Below, one piece after another: positions 53,757 through 64,000 of a stretch of 64,000 nt of DNA (position 1 is its first letter; every line of letters begins with the position of its first letter). The notes under the pieces were generated by a model. It did not search any database. It had not been told where the DNA came from and was given only the letters and a program-made list of their open reading frames with translations. This DNA is from the human T2T-CHM13v2.0 reference genome, Homo sapiens: the NCBI RefSeq assembly GCF_009914755.1, contig NC_060927.1; one strand, written 5' to 3'. The position numbers were made by a program, and so were the translations under genes.

Positions 53757-54931
53757 AAACAGCCAGATAAACAGCCAGATATCATGAGAACTCACTCAGT
53801 ATCATGAGAACAGCAAGGGGGAAATCTTTCCTTATGATCTATCACCTCCCACTAGGCCCCATCTCCAGCACTGCAGTTTACAATTTTAAATGAGATTTGG
53901 GTGGGGACAAATTTTAAACCGTATCAGCCAGAAATAACTGAGACTCAACATATTTTATAGATAATGTGAATAGTCCAATAACCATTAAAAGGTATTAAAT
54001 TTATATTAGAAAGCTTCCAAGAAAAATAATCAGATTCAGATGGTGTCACTCAAGAATTCTACTAAACATGTAAAGAAGAATTACACAAATTGTCTACAAT
54101 TATTTCCAGGAAACCAGAGATGAGGAAGAACTTCCCACCTCATTTTATAAAACCAGTATATTCCAGATGTCAAAATCATAAAAAGAGTGTACAAAAAAGG
54201 AAATAGACAAACTAAAATTATTATGAACTTAGATGCAAAGTTCTAAATAAAATATTAACTGTTTCTAATAAATATGCAACAATATAAAAATAACTATATA
54301 CCGTGACCAAATGTTATTTATTCCAGGTGTGCCAGGTTAGCTGAACATTCAAAATTCAATTGCTTTATTTATCATATAAATAAATCATATGTTTATGTAT
54401 TTATCATATAAACAAGCTAAAGAAGAAAAATTATTATATATAAATTAACACAAAAGTACATTTAACAAAATTTGACAATCATTCATTATTAAGGAAAAAA
54501 ACTATCAGAAGCCTAGGGAAAAAATTTAAACTTCTTCAACTTAATAATAAACAGCTATGAAAAGTCTATATTTAACATTGTCTTAATGGTGAAAGACAGA
54601 ATATTTTCTCCCTAAGATTAAGGACAAGATATTCATGGCATGTCTATTTCACAATTCTGATTCTACATTGTACTGGAAATCTAGGTAGTGCAATAGGAAA
54701 ATAAAGGAAATAAAAGGTGTACATATCAGAAAGGAAGAAAGAAAATTATAGTATTTTTAGATGACATGATTGTTTATGTAGAAAAAGCCAGGAATTTTAA
54801 AAGAAAAAGTTTTCCTGGAACTAACAAGTTTATCATAGTCACAGACTGCAAATTCAACAAAAACATAAATTCTATTTCCACATACAATGATTATGTGGAC
54901 ATTGAAAAAAATACAATAATATTCACAAACA

Positions 54932-55430
<499 letters not shown>

Positions 55431-57989
55431 TGCATAGGGAACATTAACCGCCATGTTCAGTATTACTGTATTTTAACTGGGATTATTGTTTATACCTAGA
55501 ATATGGATTGAAAACCAAATTCCCACACCTATAACTTGTTTTTAATTATGATAAAGAGGAAGGTATCACTAGATTAAGAGTAATTTCAGAGACATCTGTG
55601 AAAATTTCCTACCAATTAAATACGCCAATGGACAGTCAAGAGACCCATAGCCATCTGTTATTTTGCCTGAACAGTGTGTAAGACAATATGAAGACTTTTA
55701 GATAAAACATGCATTCCTTAATTTGGCCAAGACCTCCATCTCCTGTCTCTTATGTTTACACCAATCTCAATTCACCCAATCCCAGGAAGAAATCTTATTT
55801 AAAGTGAGGCTTGCTGGAGTGTTAGAATTTGCAGGAGTAGTTCAGAAAGAAATGTGATTTCAAAGGAACTGATTTAGAAATAGCATATGGGTTTTTAGGG
55901 CAATAATTTATTTATTATCCTTCTTGTGAAGAAATGATCAAATATCTGTAATATTTTTCTTGTGTTCTAAGAACTGTAATATTTTAGAAAAGATAAAAAT
56001 GTACTGCATCGCATGCAAAATGTAATAAAATTAATGGTTTATTGTATATCAAGTTAAAAGGAAAAGCATTTATAGGAAAGTTAATATTTTACTTTATTAC
56101 TTCTTTTGGGGCCATAACAAAAATGTACCATTGTGTTTTTACATAATATAGAAGTGCAGACATAAATATTTTTGTAAAGTACTCTAAGAAAAAACTTTTA
56201 TTTTGTCCTGATTTTATAAATAGCTGCAAAACAGAAGGAAAAAAATTCCTTTCTTACCAGAGCTTTTTGCCCATTCACAACAGATGTTGTTTCCACAAAT
56301 TAGTTTATAATTTCTTTCATAACTCAGAGAGAACAACCCTTCAATTTATAGTCAGGAATAGATAGAGTGCTGCATATAATTCTGGTAATTATGTAACAAA
56401 ACTGCACTTTGCTATTTGAAAACCTTGGCCATCAATCATTCAGTTTAGTGTTGGGTTAACTTAATCTTCTGTTGCACCAGCTGTGCAAGGCTCAGCCACA
56501 AACACAGCGGATTTGCCAGACTTCTACTGAGTAAAGTGTAAATTATCAACGTGTAAGATAATAGGTAACTAGACACCTAGCCATCTAGTTAAATAGAATT
56601 GAACTGCAGTATATGCAACGACTGCAAAACTTTTTGGGGATTTGGGGGGTGGGAAGGCATATATAATTTTTTACCACATATCACATCAATATAGTTGTTG
56701 CTTAATTTTTTAAAACTGTGTTTTTTTTTTCTAAACATGACTCATGGCTCAAAATATTTTCATTTACGCCATAACTTAGAGTCTTGGGTTGAGATAACTT
56801 TATTTTAGATACCATTGTTCAGAACAAAAGAGTTGTAATTTATAAACAGTATGTAACTTATAAACAGTGTGTGGGAGAGGTTAGAAATTAGGATACTTTG
56901 TCCAGAAAAGCCGCAACTCCTAAATTAAGAGCCGATGCTCACTAGGTTTTTTTAATTTATGTAGTATTGTGCTCATTTTATATCCTATAGACATGAAATA
57001 AAATTTCATTAAAAGTAATTAAGCTGAATGTACTAGAGAACCATTACTCATCTTAAAATTAATGTTGGTTAATAATTTACATTTTTCATAGTATTTTCTA
57101 TTCATTAATTTATTTGAAACTTGAAATATTTTGAAAAATAATTTATGCAAGATTACTTATCCATATTACAGAAGATATTAAATTTCAGAGTAGTAAAATG
57201 ACAGTTCAAATCTCACAGTATGCAGGAGGGAAAGGCCAAAATACAAGTCAATTCTACAATCTTGGCAATTTCCATTCGATGACCACATAAGAATATATAT
57301 CTTTGTTATTTATAATACACATAAATTTATTACATTTAAAACATAAAAAGTATTATATTTTTATAAAGTATAAAAATATACTTTTTAAAAAGCACAAAAA
57401 TATACTTTTTATATTTTATGTATATTTTTAAGTGAACTTGCCATATTGGAGGTTATATGTTCCATGCCCTAATTTAATTAATCTAATTTGTGTGAAGTCA
57501 GGATTCAAAAATACATCTGGATATTGAGAAGGAAACAGGACTTTTTGAGATATATAAAATATTGATTTAAACTTGGCATGCTGAATGCTAACATTTTAAA
57601 ATTAAATTGTAAAATTATTAAAATCATTAACACATTAGACATTAGCTGGAGAAAGCAAAGAAATGCCAGAACTTGCAGGCAGGCATGATGTCTCCACTTA
57701 GAAAGTGAAGACAGAAGCTCAAGTGTTACAAAGTCTAGGTTTCAGATTTTGGTGGTACTAATAGTTGGTATTGAAAAAGAGGTATAAAAAGGAGGCTCTA
57801 CATTCAGTCATGATAATAGGATACATCTGTTCACATTTCCCTGTACTTTTACATAATTTTCATATGGATCAGTGCCACCAACAGGGAAATGACTCGCATA
57901 GCAGGACAGAGACTTTGCTACAGTAGATACTATCCCACGTTTAGGGCAGAAAAAAGGCACAGACACAAGATAATTAAGATATGACTTAC

Positions 57990-60750
57990 GATTTTGAGGG
58001 GACTCTCCTGTGATTATCTTCCCACAGAAATATCAATTTGAACAACTATCCACAGCCTAAATTACCTTCACAAGCATTCAGAAAACCAAGTGAGAGATCA
58101 CAAAACCTAGCTGCAGCACAGTAAAAAAAAAAAAAAAAAATACATTGAAAGGAGTAGGAAAGACAGACTTATATTACCTGCATTACCTCTTCCTCAGGCA
58201 CATTCAGTACAAAGTGGTGAGTAATAGCTTCCACTTGAGGGAAAGAGGGAAATGAACACAGTACTTTGCCTTAGAACCCAACACTGGATCAACACAGTAA
58301 AATCCAGTATTGCAAAGATCCCTATGCCCACATATTTCAGGACAGTATCTATGGACAAAACCTCTAGACCTGCCCTAGTACCAGACAGAACCACACAGCC
58401 CAAGGCTTCAGTCTTGTATGATAGTCTCAATATCCAGGCTGCATTTCAGGTGGGCTGATTTCAGTGGTCCTGGGCTCCAGAGAACCCTCAGTGGTAGGCA
58501 GCTCTCAGTAGCCCTAGGCTTCTGGCACAAGTGCTCTATTAGCTGCATCTGCCCCAGGTTTCTGGCACACCCTAGTGGCATGGCTGCTGTAATGGGTACC
58601 AGGCTTGTTGCAGCATCAGGCCATACACAGCTGCCCCACACTTCTGACACTTCTTAGTGCCATACCTGCTCCGGGGCTTTCCCAGACAAAGCCCGTCTGT
58701 GAAGACTGGAATAGCACCTACTTCATTACGTGTGTAGACATCTGCATATAATCACAAGGACCAAGAATAATCAGAAAAACATGACATCACCAAATGGACA
58801 AAATAAGGTAACAGTGTCTATCTCCAAAAAAATGGAGATCTATGAATTGACTGACAAATAATTCAAAACAACTGTTTTAAGGAAGCTCGGTGAACTTCAA
58901 TAAAATATAGAGAAATAATTCAATAAAATGAGAAAAACAGTACGTTAACAGAACAAAAAATTTAATAGAGAGATTGAAATAATAATTCTAAAAAATGAAA
59001 CAGAAATCAGAGCTGAGAAATACAATGAACAAAATGAGAAATGCAACAGAATGCATCAACAACAGCACGTGGACTGAGCAGAAAAATCTGTCAACTCAAA
59101 AAGGGGATTTTAAAATATACCTTCAGAGGGAAAAAAAGGAAGGGAATAAATAGGAATGAAGAAAGATTATGGAATTAATGGTATAGCATAGCATCAAAAG
59201 AGCAAATATTTGAGTAATAGTTAAAGAAGTGGAAGACAAAGATAAAGATATAAAAGCTTATTAAAGTAAATAGCAGCAGAAAACTTTTCAGACTTAGGGA
59301 AAGATATACATATCCATGTACAGGAAGGTTAGATGTTTTTAATCAGATTCAATTCAAATAATACTATCCCAAGACGTTTTATGATAAAACTGTTAAAAAT
59401 CAGGGACAAAGAGAGGATCCTGAAAGCAGCAAGAAAATAAGATGCAAATAACATATAAGGGAATTCAAATATGACTAGCAGCAGACTTCTCAGCAGAAAT
59501 CTTAGAGGACAGGGGAAAGTGATATTTGATGAAGAAAAATAAAAAGCATATGACAACCAATAATATTATACTCTGCAAATCTGTCCTTCAGAAATAAAAG
59601 ACAAAAAAAAAAAGATTTTCCCAGGAGAATAAGTTCAGGGGGACCATTACCTGTTTTACAAGAAATGCTGAAAGGAGTTCTTCAAGCTGAAAGAAAAACA
59701 TGCTAATGCATAACAAAAAAATCTGAAAGTATAAAACTCACTGGTAAAAGTACACAGTTAAATTCAGAATACTTTAACACTACAATGCTGTTATATAAAT
59801 CACTTATAACTTTAACCTGAGGGTTAAATACAAAACTATCAAAAAATTCCTACAATAATTTGTTAAGAGATATGCAATGTAAAAAGATACAAATTGTGAC
59901 ATCAAAAATTCAACATGATGGTGACAGGGAAGTAAAAGTGTCAATTTTTATGTGATCAAAATTAAGTTGTTATCAGTTTAACAACTTGTTATAACAAGGA
60001 AATTTTTTGTAAGCCTCATTTTATCCACAAGGCAAAAACCTATGATAGATACACAACAAAGTAAAAAAAGAAAGAATCGAAACATAACACTAAAGAAAAA
60101 TCACCTAGCCACAAGGAAGACAGTAAGAAAAAAAAGCAAATAAATAATGTATAAAACAACTAGAAAACAGTTAACAAAATAACAGTTGTAAGTCTTTATC
60201 TATCAATAATTACTTTGAATGTAAATGGGATAAATTATCCAATCAAAAAACAGTGGCTGAATGGATAAAAAATTAGCTGCAAACTATGTGCTGCTTACAA
60301 GAGATTCACTTAACCTGTAAGGATACATATAGACTAAAAGTGAAGGGATGGAACAAAAGACTTCGTGCTAATGGAAAACAAAAGTGAGCAGTAATAGCTA
60401 TACTTAAATAAAATAAACTTTAAGTCAAAAGCTGTGAAAAGAGATAAAGTTATTTTATAATAACAATGGAGTCAATTTAGAAAAAGGATGTAATTGTAAA
60501 TATACACACCCAACATAAGTGTATCTAAATATGTAAAGCATGTATTAATAGATCTGAAGGGAGAGGTCAATTGAAATACAATAATAGTGAGGAACTTCAA
60601 TATTCTACTTTTCAGCAGTGGACAAAACATCCAGACAGAAAATCAATATGGAAACATGGAATTTAATCTACATTCTAGAGCAAAAGGAACTAACAGACCT
60701 GTACAGAACATCGCATATACCACATGCAGAATACACACTCTACTCAAAAA
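57990..60750 (+). mobile_element. Old L1M (L1MA-type) 5' UTR, ORF1, start of ORF2 endonuclease; 3'-truncated
   Basis: 'ttgaacaactatccaca' (5' UTR); 'gcagacttctcagcagaaa' (ORF1); 'aataattactttgaatgtaaatgg...gctgcttacaagagattcac' (endonuclease). Confidence 0.88.
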
Positions 60751-62146
60751 TCAATAGAGGTAAGTGACACTGGTAAACTAAGAACAATATAGGACCCTGA
60801 GGAGAGGAAGTCAGGCATTTCAAGTAAACAATGCTCCTTTGAGTTTTGGAGAGGTGACATGTGTCCACTCTCAACTAATGTCAACCAAACTAAACTGGCA
60901 GCTTAGTGCAAGTTTAGGTATCTAATTTCAAACTTAAAACACTAAAGACTTGAGAATTCATGGAACAATATCTTTTGAAATTTGACATTTGGTCAGTTGA
61001 CTATACACACAAAGTAAAAATCAATGAAATTAATTATGTTCACAGTGGTCTTCCATTAAAATGGTGCCACTGGAAAGATTACCTGAAATTTAGAGAATTT
61101 TTAACAATTTGTTTTAAGTATGAAGTAAAGTTTGTATTTTCTAAATGTATAAGTTTGATATATCTGGTAAGGTTTTTTTTTCCCCTGATTTATAATGTAA
61201 TGTTTAGGAGACTCCATGAAACACAATTCAGGGTCATATACATAGTAAAAAATATAGAGCTATATTTTTTTCACCTAATGATTGTAAAATAACATTTTTA
61301 AATAATCACATTGTTTTATAATATCTTTCATGACACATTAAAGAGAAATGAGAATTGACTAAGCCTATGCATTTCCCCAAGTAAACATAATTATGGAGAT
61401 TCATTTTATTGGTAAATAGTTGAAAAATATAATGGAAGAATACAAAAATAATAAATATTAGGGCTTCTGAAAATCTGAAAAAATACATGGTTAATTTCAG
61501 AAGCTCCCAGGATTTAAGTAAATTAAGATTGTGAAATAATTGATGCCCTCTTCCTCCCTTAGAATGCACATAAACTACTTCAGTCCTACCAAAAATTTTT
61601 GCATATGATAAATGTAGTTAAATATCGGTGAAGACAGTTTGTTTTTCAAACTAAACTAAGCTGCTTATACTCCTGGAACAAAAGAATTACAGGTTCTTGA
61701 GCTCTTCTTTGTATTCACTAAAAATCAGGCCAGTCTAAGTACATCTTACTTGAGAGTTTCAAAATTATATAATTTATGTCTCACTGAGAGAAAAAAGAAA
61801 CATAAGAGATATGCTTGATTTGGGAACTTAATTTTAAACCAAGTAAAACAAAAAAAAGGTTTTGTGATGTGATATTACTTTCTGATTGGAAATTATATAA
61901 ATATCATTCTTTTTAGTTTTTTTTAATTTTTTTATTTTTTTTATTATACTTTAAGTTCTAGGGTACATGTGCACAACGTGCAGGTTTGTTACCCATGTAT
62001 ACATATGCCATGGTGGTGTGCTGCACCCATTATCTCGTCATTTACATTAGGTATATCTTCTAATGCTATCCCTCCCCACTCCCCCCACCCCACAACAGGC
62101 CCCAGTGTGTGATGTTCCCCTTCCTGTGTCCAAGTGTTCTCATTGT

Positions 62147-62749
62147 TCAATTCCCACCTATGAGGGAGAACATGTGGTGTTTGGTTTTTTGTTCTTGTGA
62201 TAGTTTGCTGAGAATGATAGATTCCAGTTTCATCCATGTCCCTACAAAGGACATGAACTCATCCTTTCTTATGGCTGTATAGTACTCCATGGTATATATG
62301 TGCCAAATTTTCTTAATCCAGTCTATCACTGATGGACATTTGGGTTGGTTCCAAGTCTTTGCTATTGTGAATAGTGCCGCAATAAACACACGTGTGTATG
62401 TGTCTTTATAGCAACATGATTTATAATCCTTTGAATATATACCCAGTAATGGGATGGCTGGGTCAAATGGTATTTCTAGTTCTAGATCCTTGAGGAATCG
62501 CCACACTGTCTTCCACAATGGTTGAACTAGTTTACAGTCCCACCAACAGTGTAAAAATGATCCTATTTCTTCACATCCTCTCCAGCACCTGTTGTTTCCT
62601 GACTCTTTAATGATTGCCATTCTAACTGGTGTGAGATGGTATCTCATTGTGGTTTTGATTTGCATTTCTCTGATGGCCAGTGATGATGAGCATTTCTTCA
62701 TGTGTCTTTTGGCTGCATAAATGTCTTCTTTTGAGAAGTGTCTGTTCAT
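62147..62749 (-). pseudogene. L1 ORF2p C-terminal fragment (Cys-rich domain)
   Basis: ORF contains [25 protein letters not shown] and ends FSLIGGN. Confidence 0.9.
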
Positions 62750-63243
62750 ATCCTTTGCCCACTTTTTGATGGGGTTGTTTGTTTATTTCTTGTAAATTTG
62801 TTTGAGTTCTTTGTAGATTCTGGATATTAGCCCTTTGTCAGATGAGTAGATTGCAAAAATTTTCTCCCATTCTGTAGGTTGCCTGCTCACTTTGATGGTA
62901 GTTTCTTCTGCTGTGCAGAAGCTCTTTAGTTTAATTAGATCCCATTTGTCAATTTTGGCTTTTGTTGCCATTGCTTTTGGTGTTTTAGACATGAAGTCCT
63001 TGCCCATGCCTATGTCCTGAATGGTATTGCCTAGGTTTTCTTCTAGGGTTTTTTATGGTTTTAGGTCTAACATTTAAGTCTTTAATGCATCTTGAATTAA
63101 TTTTTGTATAAGGTGTAAGGAAGGGATCCAGTTTCAGCTTTCTACATATGGCTAGCCAGTTTTCCCTGCAGTATATATCAAATAGGGAATCCTTTCCCCA
63201 TTTCTTGTTTTTGTCAGGTTTGTCAAAGATCAGATGGTTGAAA

Positions 63244-63863
63244 TGGCAAACCAAATCCAGCAGCACATCAAAAAGCTTATCCACCATGATGAAGTGGGCT
63301 TCATCCCTGGGATGCAAGGCTGGTTCAATGTACACAGATCAATAAACATAATCCAGCATATAAACAGAACCAAAGACAAAAACCACATGATTTTCTCAAC
63401 AGATGCAGAAAAGTTCTTTGACAAAATTCAACAGCCCTTCATGCTAAAAACTCTCAATAAATTAGGTATTGATGGGACGTATCTCAAAATAATAAGAGCT
63501 ATTTATGACAGACCCACAGCCAATATCATACTGAATGGGCAAAAACTGGAAGCATTCCCTTTGAAAACTGGCACAAGAAAGGGATGCCCTCTCTCACCAC
63601 TCCTATTCAACATAGTGTTGGAAGTTCTGGCCAGGGCAATCAGGCAGGAGAAACAAATAAAGTGTTTTCAGTTAGGAAAAGTGGGAGTCAAATTGTCTCT
63701 GTTTGCCGATGACATGATTGTATATCTAGAAAACTCCACTGTCTCAGCCCAAAATCTCCTTAAGCTGATAAGCAACTTCAGCAAAGTCTCAGGATACAAA
63801 ATCAATGTGCAAAAATCACAAGCATTCTTATACAGCAATAACAGACAGAGAGCCAAATCATGA
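63244..63863 (+). pseudogene. L1 ORF2p reverse-transcriptase fragment (inverted segment, frameshifted at its end)
   Basis: [23 protein letters not shown] and the catalytic FADD motif. Confidence 0.92.
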
Positions 63864-64000
63864 GTGAACTCCCATTCACAATTGCTTCAAAGACAATAAA
63901 ATACCTAGGAATCCAACTTACAAGGGACCTGAAGGACCTCTTCAAGGAGAGCTACAAACCACTGCTCAATGAAATGAAAGAGGACACAAACAAATGGAAG

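Larger units (their letters stand above)
61909..64000 (-). mobile_element. L1PA (L1PA4/5-like) with 5' inversion; continues beyond the window
   Basis: Poly-T, antisense 3' UTR and ORF2 to 63240, then sense ORF2 RT region from ~63244 to the window end. Confidence 0.95.

Noticed and set aside
52769-53787. Cluster of 64-159 aa Pro/Gly/Arg-rich ORFs on both strands
   Set aside because: These are translations of the GC-rich, stop-poor SVA VNTR, not genes.
57990-60750. L1 with 5' UTR as a potentially full-length active element
   Set aside because: ORF1 and ORF2 are riddled with stops and frameshifts, and the element ends inside the endonuclease domain.
63234-63863. Reverse transcriptase ORF as an active or novel RT system
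   Set aside because: It is an ordinary L1 ORF2 fragment in an inverted, truncated, frameshifted copy.

Overview
AT-rich primate (hominid) non-coding genomic DNA. An SVA element and AluY/AluYd-type copies point to human or great ape. I can support no protein-coding gene, RNA gene or CRISPR array. The ORF track is explained by repeats (L1 ORF2 fragments, Alu, MaLR, SVA VNTR) or by chance. Much of the window is interspersed repeat: L1 of many ages, about nine Alu pieces, two two-LTR MSTA (MaLR) proviruses, solo ERV1/ERVL LTRs, MER20/MER75 DNA transposons, L2/MIR and microsatellites. Subfamily names come from recalled consensus sequences and need RepeatMasker/Dfam confirmation. I found no new gene system. 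The interesting content is structural: (1) an SVA with a twin-priming 5' inversion, an apparently serial 3' transduction and a 14-bp TSD, nested in an MSTA LTR inside an old L1; (2) a ~280-bp micro-inversion splitting one AluY and a MER75, with a 9-bp inverted breakpoint duplication; (3) a near-perfect 232-bp templated copy from 2.9 kb downstream that replaces an Alu tail at a deletion junction; (4) three 5'-inverted L1s; (5) an old ~150-bp inverted repeat and perfect hairpins; (6) a solo LTR with adjacent NF-kB, AP-1, CCAAT and TATA motifs.
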